Shown: positions 8,847 to 16,223 of the stretch, piece after piece | Position numbering within the stretch: position 1 is the first letter of the stretch | How the letters are laid out: the number at the start of each line of letters is the position of its first letter | Source of the DNA: a bacterium | GTDB lineage: Bacteria; CALINM01 | DNA length: 30,121 nt | Direction of reading: 5' to 3' | Assembly (NCBI GenBank): GCA_041640455.1 | Contig: JBEQAF010000009.1 | Coordinates: forward strand, 8,256 to 38,376 | Translations under genes and position numbers: made by a program | The notes under the pieces: generated by a model | What the model was told of the DNA's origin: nothing | Databases searched by the model: none | Seen by the model: the letters and a program-made list of their open reading frames with translations, nothing else

Positions 8847-10115
8847 GTGAACGTTGATATTATTGACTTAAGCCCTGTTAAAAAGAAAATAACTGTAAAG
8901 TTTCCTCAGGAAGAGGTTTTGCCTAAGGTTAAAAAGGAGCTTTCTCAGATTGGTAGAGTTGCTAAGATAAAAGGCTTCAGGCAGGGTAAGGCTCCCATGT
9001 CACTGGTAGAAAAGCTTTATATGGAGGATGCAAGAAAAAAATTTGCCGAAAATGCCATAAAAGAATCTTTACTTGAAATAATTAACAACAACAATCTTGA
9101 TATCGCTGTTAGACCGGTGGTTGAAAAAGAAGAGTTTACAGAAGAGGGGTTTGTATATGATGCGGTTGTGGAAACCCATCCGGTGGTAAAACTGGAGAAA
9201 TATAAGGGTTTTGAATTTAAAAAGCCAAAAGTTGAGGCAAAAGATGAAGAGATTGAAAATAAGATCGCTGAGATAAAGGAAAAACACGTTAGTTACGAGG
9301 AAACCGAAGAGGATGTATCTGCAGGTGAGGATCACGTTGTCAACTTTGATGTGTTAAATTATAATCTGGATGGGAAAGAGCAGGGCGAATCACTGAACCA
9401 GGAAATTGATCTATCAAAAGAGACCATATTTAAGGAGATTAAAGAAGCCATACTTGGGCTCAAAAAGAATGAGGAAAAGGAGTTTTCTTTTATCTATCCC
9501 CAAGACATAGAAAATGAAAAACTCAGAGGGAAAGAGGCTAAACTTAAAATTAAAATTAATGCCATCAAAAGAAAAAAACAGCCCACTGATGAGGAGCTTA
9601 TAAAAATAATTGGTAAGGAAAGTATTGAACAGTTAAGATCCGAGATATCGGCAAGTATTATAAGCTCAAAACAGAAGGATGCCGATGAAAGGTTTAAAAA
9701 AGAGGTTTTTGACAAAATTTATGCGGAGAACCCCTTTGAAATACCTGTAGGGTTAAGAGATGAGGTGGCTTTTGAGATGCTCCAGTCCTTCGCAAAAAGT
9801 ATTGAACAGGCAGGACTTGATCCCAATGCTATGGGGTTTGAATGGGACAAGATATTTGAAAGCTACAGAGCACAGGCAGATGATTTTTTAAAAAGGCAGT
9901 ATATCATAAAGGCTATTAAGCAGGCTGAAAATATTGATATTTCTGATGATGAGCTGAACTCTATCATTAATAGTATGGTGGAAAAATCCTATAATAAGGA
10001 AAAACTGATGCAGTACTATAGTAAACCAGAAGCAAAAAGAAATATCTATCTCAAAGAGATTGAAAACCGTGTATTTGATTTTTTAGTCAAAAATAATATG
10101 GTAGTGGAGGAATAA
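8847..10115 (+). CDS. tig: Trigger factor
   Basis: GTG start with SD AGGAGG; ribosome-binding signature IKGFRQGKAP; length and position between tRNA-Leu and clpP. Confidence 0.93.
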   Translation: MNVDIIDLSPVKKKITVKFPQEEVLPKVKKELSQIGRVAKIKGFRQGKAPMSLVEKLYMEDARKKFAENAIKESLLEIINNNNLDIAVRPVVEKEEFTEEGFVYDAVVETHPVVKLEKYKGFEFKKPKVEAKDEEIENKIAEIKEKHVSYEETEEDVSAGEDHVVNFDVLNYNLDGKEQGESLNQEIDLSKETIFKEIKEAILGLKKNEEKEFSFIYPQDIENEKLRGKEAKLKIKINAIKRKKQPTDEELIKIIGKESIEQLRSEISASIISSKQKDADERFKKEVFDKIYAENPFEIPVGLRDEVAFEMLQSFAKSIEQAGLDPNAMGFEWDKIFESYRAQADDFLKRQYIIKAIKQAENIDISDDELNSIINSMVEKSYNKEKLMQYYSKPEAKRNIYLKEIENRVFDFLVKNNMVVEE

Positions 10116-10700
10116 ATGCCTTATGCTCCCATAATTATAGAGCAGACAGCTCGCGGTGAAAGAGCCTATGATATTTATTCAAGGCTGTTGAAAGACAGAA
10201 TAATTTTTTTAGGTTCTGCTATTGATGATGAGGTTGCAAATCTTGTGATAGCCCAGATGCTATTTCTTGAATCTGAAAATCCTGAGAGCGATATATACCT
10301 TTATATTAACTCGCCAGGCGGATATGTAACGGCTGGCTTAGCAATTTATGATACCATGCAGTATATAAAACCCAGGGTTTCTACCATATGTGTGGGACAG
10401 GCGGCAAGTATGGCGGCTGTGTTGCTGGCAGGCGGCGCGCATGGTAAGAGATATGCTCTACCGCATTCGCGAATACTTATTCATCAGCCCTTAGGCGGGG
10501 CGCAGGGACAGGCAAGCGATATTGCCATCCAGGCTAAGGAGATATTAAGACTAAAAGATATTCTACATCATATTCTTGTCAAACATACCAGTCAACCTCT
10601 CGAACGAATTCAGATTGATTCGGACAGGGATTTTTATATGAATTCCGATCAGGCAAAAGAATATGGTATAATAGATGAAGTGATTCAACAAAGAAAATAA
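10116..10700 (+). CDS. clpP: ATP-dependent Clp protease proteolytic subunit
   Basis: [22 protein letters not shown], catalytic AASM, IHQP, DRDF. Confidence 0.98.
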   Translation: MPYAPIIIEQTARGERAYDIYSRLLKDRIIFLGSAIDDEVANLVIAQMLFLESENPESDIYLYINSPGGYVTAGLAIYDTMQYIKPRVSTICVGQAASMAAVLLAGGAHGKRYALPHSRILIHQPLGGAQGQASDIAIQAKEILRLKDILHHILVKHTSQPLERIQIDSDRDFYMNSDQAKEYGIIDEVIQQRK

Positions 10701-10711
10701 AAGGGGTTTTT

Positions 10712-11956
10712 GTGAACAGAGAAGAGATAAGATGTTCTTTTTGTGGTAAAAGGCAGTCAGAGGTCAGGCAGTTAATTTCAGGTCCAAATACGTTCATTTG
10801 TAATGAATGTATTGACCTTTGTAACAAAATTATAAAAGAACAGGAAGAAAAAGAAAGGTTCAATATTAAAGAAGATTTTCATGTTCCCAAGCCTTCAGAG
10901 ATAAAAAAAGTTCTTGACGATTATATTATCGGTCAGGACAGAGCTAAAAAAATATTATCTGTTGCAGTGAGCAATCATTATAAGAGGATATTGTATAAAT
11001 CTTCAGTAAAAAATTATGATGTGGAGCTTCAGAAGAGCAACATACTCCTTATAGGTCCCACTGGCACAGGAAAAACCCTTATAGCTCAGACACTGGCAAA
11101 AATCCTCAATGTACCCTTCGTTATAGCCGATGCCACTACATTAACAGAAGCTGGTTATGTGGGTGAGGACGTAGAAAACATTATACTTTATCTATTGCAG
11201 GCTGCAGATTTTGATGTTGAAAAGGCACAAAAGGGGATTGTGTATATAGATGAGATAGATAAAATTGCAAGAAAAGGTGATAATCCATCAATTACAAGAG
11301 ATGTATCTGGAGAAGGGGTTCAGCAGGCACTTCTAAAAATTATAGAGGGTACTATAGCTAATGTGCCGCCAAAAGGGGGTAGAAAGCATCCTCAGCAGGA
11401 ATATATTAAGGTGGACACCACCGATATTCTATTTATCTGTGGTGGTGCTTTTGTAGGACTGGACAAAATTATTGAAAGAAGAATTGGTAATAAATCACTT
11501 GGTTTTACCGCCGATGTAAAATCAAAAGAGGAGAAGCCGATAGGAAAAATTCTTGAAGAGGTTCAGCCTCAGGATCTATTAAAGTTTGGTCTTATTCCTG
11601 AATTTGTCGGCAGAATTCCAGTTGTGGCTACCTTTGAGGAGCTTAACGAAGAAGCCATGGTAAGGATTCTTGTGGAGCCAAAAAATTCTATTATTAAACA
11701 GTATAAGACCCTTTTTGAGCTGGAAGGTGTGACGCTAAAATTTACCGATGGAGCACTGAGAGCCATAGCCAGAGAGGCAATATCAAGAGGAACTGGTGCA
11801 AGAGGGCTCAGAGCAATAATGGAGAATGCCATGCTTGATATTATGTATGAGCTTCCCGGGCAGAAAAATATAAAGGAATGCATAATTAGCGAAGAGGTGA
11901 TTACAAAAAAAGAGAGCCCAATTCTTCTCTATGAAGAGACATTGGAAAGCGCATAA
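10712..11956 (+). CDS. clpX: ATP-dependent Clp protease ATP-binding subunit ClpX
   Basis: GTG start; zinc finger CSFC...[16 protein letters not shown] pore loop, DEIDK, RKH loop, LGF docking loop, GARGLR. Confidence 0.98.
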   Translation: MNREEIRCSFCGKRQSEVRQLISGPNTFICNECIDLCNKIIKEQEEKERFNIKEDFHVPKPSEIKKVLDDYIIGQDRAKKILSVAVSNHYKRILYKSSVKNYDVELQKSNILLIGPTGTGKTLIAQTLAKILNVPFVIADATTLTEAGYVGEDVENIILYLLQAADFDVEKAQKGIVYIDEIDKIARKGDNPSITRDVSGEGVQQALLKIIEGTIANVPPKGGRKHPQQEYIKVDTTDILFICGGAFVGLDKIIERRIGNKSLGFTADVKSKEEKPIGKILEEVQPQDLLKFGLIPEFVGRIPVVATFEELNEEAMVRILVEPKNSIIKQYKTLFELEGVTLKFTDGALRAIAREAISRGTGARGLRAIMENAMLDIMYELPGQKNIKECIISEEVITKKESPILLYEETLESA

Positions 11957-12044
11957 GTATTTGAAATTAAACAAAAATATTTACAAAGATTAAAGACCTG
12001 CCATCAAAGTATTGAAAAAATTGAAAAAAAGATTAAAAAAATGC

Positions 12045-12073
12045 TTGACAATGTTGTGTAGCCTTGTTATATA
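12045..12073 (+). promoter_or_regulatory. Putative sigma70 promoter of hup
   Basis: TTGACA 12045-12050, 17-bp spacer ending TGT, TATATA 12068-12073; SD GGAGG upstream of ATG 12106. Confidence 0.55.
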
Positions 12074-12105
12074 TAGACTAACTTTATAAAAAGGAGGGCT
12101 ACATA

Positions 12106-12375
12106 ATGACAAAATCAGAATTAGTAGCATCAATGGCAAGTAAGGCTGACATTTCAAAGGCAGCAGCAGAGAAGGCTCTTAACGCATTCATCGCATCGGT
12201 TACTGAAGCATTAAAAAAAGGTGATAAGGTAGCATTAGTTGGTTTTGGAACCTTTGAAGTAGTTAAGAGAGCCGCCAGAAAGGGTAGAAACCCAAGAACA
12301 GGTCAGGAGATTAAGATTAAGGCTTCTAAAGCACCAAAATTCAGACCAGGTAAAGGTCTCAAAAAAGCTATTTAG
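12106..12375 (+). CDS. hup: DNA-binding protein HU
   Basis: MTKSELV...[43 protein letters not shown]. Confidence 0.97.
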   Translation: MTKSELVASMASKADISKAAAEKALNAFIASVTEALKKGDKVALVGFGTFEVVKRAARKGRNPRTGQEIKIKASKAPKFRPGKGLKKAI

Positions 12376-12394
12376 TTGATAAAGTAAATCTTAC

Positions 12395-12423
12395 TTGACA
12401 TTTTTTTCTAAAGAGAGGATAAT
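12395..12423 (+). promoter_or_regulatory. Putative sigma70 promoter of tRNA-Val
   Basis: TTGACA 12395-12400, 17 bp, GATAAT 12418-12423; tRNA begins 20 nt later. Confidence 0.6.
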
Positions 12424-12437
12424 AATCCTCTCTTTTT
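12410..12437 (+). terminator. Hairpin / probable intrinsic terminator after hup
   Basis: Perfect 11-bp inverted repeat AAAGAGAGGAT-aata-ATCCTCTCTTT running into a T5 tract. Confidence 0.6.
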
Positions 12438-12443
12438 GATTAC

Positions 12444-12515
12444 GGGTGGTTAGCTCAGCGGGAGAGCGTCGGCCTTACAAGCCGAGGGTCATAGGTTCAA
12501 ATCCTATACCACCCA
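12444..12515 (+). tRNA. tRNA-Val (anticodon TAC), CCA not encoded
   Basis: Acceptor GGGTGGT/ACCACCC plus A; D-arm GCTC/GAGC; anticodon stem TCGGC/GCCGA with loop CTTACAA; T-arm ATAGG-TTCAAAT-CCTAT. Confidence 0.97.
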
Positions 12516-12577
12516 TTTTTAAATCTTAGCTTAATTTTTAAATCTATTTCAATTTTTCTCGCATTTAATCTTCATCA

Positions 12578-12605
12578 TTGACAAATCCAGTTACAGTGAT
12601 AAAAT
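12578..12605 (+). promoter_or_regulatory. Putative sigma70 promoter (extended -10) of the lipoprotein gene
   Basis: TTGACA 12578-12583, 16 bp, TGa-TAAAAT (12597-12605); SD GGGAGG before ATG 12634. Confidence 0.55.
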
Positions 12606-12633
12606 CTGATTAAGAACTTCAAGGGAGGGTAAT

Positions 12634-13227
12634 ATGAAAAGGTTTTTTCTTATATTTATATTGGTGTTTCTTACTTCCTGCGCTTCCATAGAGTTTAATG
12701 AGATTGCAAACAATGCGACTCTTTTTCGCCCCAAAGTAGTGGTGCTTTTACCCGTTAGAATGCCAGATGGGTACGAACACGATGCCGCTAAAGCTGAAAA
12801 GGCTGTGATTGATAATGCTTTAAAAACTCAGAGATTTGAAAAAATTTTATCTCCAGAGCAGGCAAGACTTCAGATGGCTGACAATAAGGAGCTCCAGGAT
12901 TCCATAATATCATTTACTACCAAACTTAAAACACTGGGTGTAACAGACAAGGATCTGGCTCAAAAGATAGCAGATGCGTATCTTGCCGATACCCTAATAG
13001 TGGCTGATGTAAGTAGATGGGGCTATTCGGAGATTCTCGGAGAGAAATTTGCTGAGGTTGCCATTTCAATAAGATTAATAGATGCCAGCACAGGAAGCGT
13101 ATATTGGAAGGCTATGCATAAAGAGAAAGAAACCTATTCTTTGTTTAGACCAGATTTAGGTAATATTGCCAATGATGTGGCAAAAAGAATCTTTAAAAAC
13201 ATGCCCAAACTACCAAAGGTTAAGTAG
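12634..13227 (+). CDS. Putative lipoprotein (CsgG/LpoB/DUF799-like alpha/beta fold suspected)
   Basis: MKR + hydrophobic stretch + LTSC lipobox; motifs VVVLLP, ADTLIVADV and VAISIRLIDASTGSVYW typical of this fold group. Confidence 0.75.
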   Translation: MKRFFLIFILVFLTSCASIEFNEIANNATLFRPKVVVLLPVRMPDGYEHDAAKAEKAVIDNALKTQRFEKILSPEQARLQMADNKELQDSIISFTTKLKTLGVTDKDLAQKIADAYLADTLIVADVSRWGYSEILGEKFAEVAISIRLIDASTGSVYWKAMHKEKETYSLFRPDLGNIANDVAKRIFKNMPKLPKVK

Positions 13228-14479
13228 TCAGGAAGGGATTAAAATATCCGTACCTCAGATGGGGGAACTCTTTTTTAAGCTCCATCATAATGTATTTTAT
13301 ACCCAGTCCATTTTTTAGGTTTTTTAAGTTTAAGTTATCAAAATACCAGTCTGGATCTATATTGAGGTTTCTCCACTGTATCATGTCTGGCATTGTGTCT
13401 TTTATAAAACTTCTGAGTGATTCAAACTCCTGTTCTGAGTCAGTAAATCCTGGGATTGTGAAATAGTTGAAGGATATCCATTTTTTTAGATTTTTACCAA
13501 TAATTGCTGATTTTTTAACGTCTTCAAAGCTATAATTTTGAGGTTTGTAGTAAGACTCATAAAAATTTTTTTGTGCGCTATTAAGACTAATTCTTGCACT
13601 GTCAAGACCTTTTTTAAACAGCCGTTCAAGCCTTTCAGGAATACTGCCATTTGTGTTCAGGTTAATGGTACCCAGTTTGGTTGACTGTCTTATTTTTAAA
13701 ATTGATTCTTCTAAAATCTCCGATACAAGAAGCGGTTCACCTTCACAGCCCTGACCAAAACTTAGAATAGGATTTACTGCCCGTTTTATATGAACCATTG
13801 CGGTTTCAAATATCTCATCGGATGTGGGGGTAAACTTTATTCTTGATTGAGTAGATCTGATGGGGGAGCTTTTATGCTGAAGGGATATACATCCTATGCA
13901 TCTGGAGTTGCAAAGTCTTGATGTGGGTAGTGGTGCTTCATATCTGCCCAATACAAAATTTCTTGCTGCAGGACAGAAATAGGTCAGAGCACAGTTTTTG
14001 ATTATGTGCTGGATAAGTCTATTTTGGGGATATTTTTTAATCAGATCCTTTGATTTTTGAATGATTTTTTTTCTATCAAAATTTTTTAAGTCCTGTCTTT
14101 TGTCTTCATCGACCCTTACTGCTGGAACGTAAAACCTGCCTTCATAAAATCCTACTGCCGTATAGGCAAAAAGAGGTAGAACGGGTGCATCCTTTTCTTT
14201 TTCAAAAGCAGGAAGATATAGCTGTGTATAGGCAGGAGCAAGAAAAACCGAGAGGGCATAACGATCTTTTAACACAATCTGGTTTAGTTTTTTGTCAAAA
14301 GCTACAGGATATCGTTGAGGGAGCATAAAAAATTCACTACCATAGGGTAGCTCTATGCAATCATTTAGAGTTAAAGGACTATATGAATGCCCTGAGCGAC
14401 CTGCAGCAACATATGCTGGGTCATCATAAATGTTGCCCTTTTCATCACAGAATAACAGGCTAAGAAACTTTTTTTTCAT
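13220..14479 (-). CDS. Radical SAM protein of unknown function
   Basis: CxxxCxxC motif CNSRCIGC, SFGQGCEGEPLL, NLNTNGS, RISLNS; long N-terminal extension with CPAARN. Confidence 0.88.
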   Translation of the reverse strand: MKKKFLSLLFCDEKGNIYDDPAYVAAGRSGHSYSPLTLNDCIELPYGSEFFMLPQRYPVAFDKKLNQIVLKDRYALSVFLAPAYTQLYLPAFEKEKDAPVLPLFAYTAVGFYEGRFYVPAVRVDEDKRQDLKNFDRKKIIQKSKDLIKKYPQNRLIQHIIKNCALTYFCPAARNFVLGRYEAPLPTSRLCNSRCIGCISLQHKSSPIRSTQSRIKFTPTSDEIFETAMVHIKRAVNPILSFGQGCEGEPLLVSEILEESILKIRQSTKLGTINLNTNGSIPERLERLFKKGLDSARISLNSAQKNFYESYYKPQNYSFEDVKKSAIIGKNLKKWISFNYFTIPGFTDSEQEFESLRSFIKDTMPDMIQWRNLNIDPDWYFDNLNLKNLKNGLGIKYIMMELKKEFPHLRYGYFNPFLTT

Positions 14480-15203
14480 TAGTGCTAAGGAGGGATATTA
14501 GTTTTTCATAATTATCACTGTTGGGGTTGTTGAGATAAATATCTGCATAGGGGGTGAGTACTGTCTTTTCAGGATTGATTTCTATTATGAAACTCCCCTT
14601 TCTTTTAGCAATAAAGGGGATCTCAGCAGCTGGATAAACAAGATTTGATGTGCCTATGGTGATAACAAGATTGGCTATCTCTGCCAGATTGAAAGCTTTG
14701 GTTAATGATTCGTATGGTAAAGCTTCGCCAAACCAGACCACATCTGGTCTTAAGTAACTTCCGCAGCTGCATCTCGGGGGAAGCTCAGAGAAATCAACCC
14801 TTTCAAATTCAGTTTTAAAGGAACATTTTAGACATTTAACAGTTTCCACATTACCGTGAAGCTCGATTACATTTTTTGACCCCGCTTTTTTATGAAGTCC
14901 ATCAATGTTCTGGGTAATTACAAAGGTTTTTTTATTTATCTTCTCAATATGTGAAACAAAGTAATGCCCCATATTTGGCTCAGCCTGCTTTATTTTTTCT
15001 ATTCGGGAGATATACCATTTCCAGACCATAACAGGATCTTTAAGAAATCCATCAAGAGTTGCCAGCTTCTGAGGGTCAAAATTTTTCCAGAGTCCGTCAG
15101 CATCTCGAAAGGTTTGAATGCCGCTATCCTTTGATATGCCAGCGCCTGTAAAAACCACGATCTTGTCTGAGGATTTTATTCTTTCTGCTATCTGTGTCAG
15201 CAC
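14460..15203 (-). CDS. cobB: NAD-dependent protein deacylase (sirtuin, class III CobB-type)
   Basis: FTGAGIS, TFR, ITQNIDGLH, ELHG, Zn CxxC...CxC, LRPDVVWFGE, IGTS, EINP; WYxxR motif. Start revised to GTG 15203 (ORF track gives TTG 15239). Confidence 0.93.
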   Translation of the reverse strand: MLTQIAERIKSSDKIVVFTGAGISKDSGIQTFRDADGLWKNFDPQKLATLDGFLKDPVMVWKWYISRIEKIKQAEPNMGHYFVSHIEKINKKTFVITQNIDGLHKKAGSKNVIELHGNVETVKCLKCSFKTEFERVDFSELPPRCSCGSYLRPDVVWFGEALPYESLTKAFNLAEIANLVITIGTSNLVYPAAEIPFIAKRKGSFIIEINPEKTVLTPYADIYLNNPNSDNYEKLISLLSTNEKKVS

Positions 15204-15210
15204 TTTAATG

Positions 15211-15239
15211 ATTTTATTAGCAATAATTAGAACTGTCAA
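15211..15239 (-). promoter_or_regulatory. Near-consensus sigma70 promoter of the cobB-radical SAM pair
   Basis: Minus strand: TTGACA (15239-15234), 17 bp, TAAAAT (15216-15211), 7 nt, GTG. Confidence 0.7.
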
Positions 15240-15307
15240 GATTAAACGTTACTAATTTTTGTCTGTCGCTCATTTTTAAACTTAAAATTAACAATAAATA
15301 TTGGCAG

Positions 15308-15335
15308 TTGACAAATTAAGGAAAAACTGTTTAAT
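15308..15335 (+). promoter_or_regulatory. Putative sigma70 promoter of the yjbQ-yqeY-mutS2-dnaG-rpoD cluster
   Basis: TTGACA 15308-15313, 16 bp, TTTAAT 15330-15335; an additional TATAAT at 15348-15353. Confidence 0.4.
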
Positions 15336-15366
15336 TTAAAAATAAAGTATAATCTCAGGGGGGACT

Positions 15367-15762
15367 ATGGAAAAGATTAATATTAAAACCACCAAAAGAA
15401 TGGAGATTGTTGATCTAACTAGTCATGTGGTATCTATTGTATCAAAGAGCGGTGTAAATGAGGGTATATGTGTTGTATTCTGTCCCCATACCACTGCGGC
15501 TATAGCTGTTAATGAAAATGCCGATCCCACTGTGAAGCAGGATATAATCAACAAATTGGCTGAGCTGGTGCCACAGAACGCACCATACAGACATCTGGAA
15601 AAAAATTCCGATGCCCATATTAAAAATGTATTGGTTGGTCCATCTATAACCTTCATTATAGAAAAGGGGAAGCTTGAGCTGGGTACCTGGCAGGGGGTTT
15701 TCTTTATCGAAGGTGATGGTCCCAGAAATAGAGAGGTCTGGGTAAAAGTTGTTGGAAAATAA
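15367..15762 (+). CDS. yjbQ: YjbQ family protein (secondary thiamine-phosphate synthase, UPF0047)
   Basis: PHTTAAI, NENADP, NSDAHIK, LGTWQG motifs. Confidence 0.93.
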   Translation: MEKINIKTTKRMEIVDLTSHVVSIVSKSGVNEGICVVFCPHTTAAIAVNENADPTVKQDIINKLAELVPQNAPYRHLEKNSDAHIKNVLVGPSITFIIEKGKLELGTWQGVFFIEGDGPRNREVWVKVVGK

Positions 15763-15776
15763 AGGAGAAATAATAT

Positions 15777-16220
15777 ATGAATCTGAAAAAGAGTCTTGAA
15801 AATGAGATGAAGGAAGCCCTTAAGTCTAAAGATAGTTTAAAGCTTCAGACCATAAGATTTTTATTGGCACAAATAAAAAATAAAGAGATTGATCAGAGAC
15901 GTGAACTTGCTGATGAGGAGATTTATAAGGTTATACAAACTCTTGTTAAACAGAGAAAAGAAAGTATTGAATTTTCCGAGAAAGCAGGTAGATCCGATCT
16001 GGTTGATAAGGAAAAGGCTGAGCTTAAAATTCTTGAATCCTATCTGCCCAAGATGCTTTCAGAAGAAGAGATTTTAAAGATAATTGATGAGGTGGCAGGG
16101 GAGATAGGAGCCTCAGGTTCAAAAGATTTTGGAAAACTTATGAAAGCTGTTATGGCTAAAGTGGCAGGCAGGGCTGATGGAAATAAGGTGAACGAGCTGG
16201 TTAAAAAAAGACTTGGTTAG
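15777..16220 (+). CDS. yqeY: GatB/YqeY domain protein
   Basis: MKEALKSKD...IKNKEID, KQRKESI, E..ILESYLP.MLSEEE, DFGKLMK, GRADG. Confidence 0.92.
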   Translation: MNLKKSLENEMKEALKSKDSLKLQTIRFLLAQIKNKEIDQRRELADEEIYKVIQTLVKQRKESIEFSEKAGRSDLVDKEKAELKILESYLPKMLSEEEILKIIDEVAGEIGASGSKDFGKLMKAVMAKVAGRADGNKVNELVKKRLG

Positions 16221-16223
16221 TTA

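Noticed and set aside
12558..12566. CTCGCATTT downstream of tRNA-Val matches the 3' end of tRNA-Leu (possible att repeat)
   Set aside because: Only 9 bp, no integrase, and the enclosed genes (tig, clpP, clpX, hup) are core.
14487..14494. Strong SD-like AAGGAGGG on the plus strand, antisense to cobB
   Set aside because: No properly spaced start or ORF follows; explained by Ser-Leu-Leu codons of cobB.
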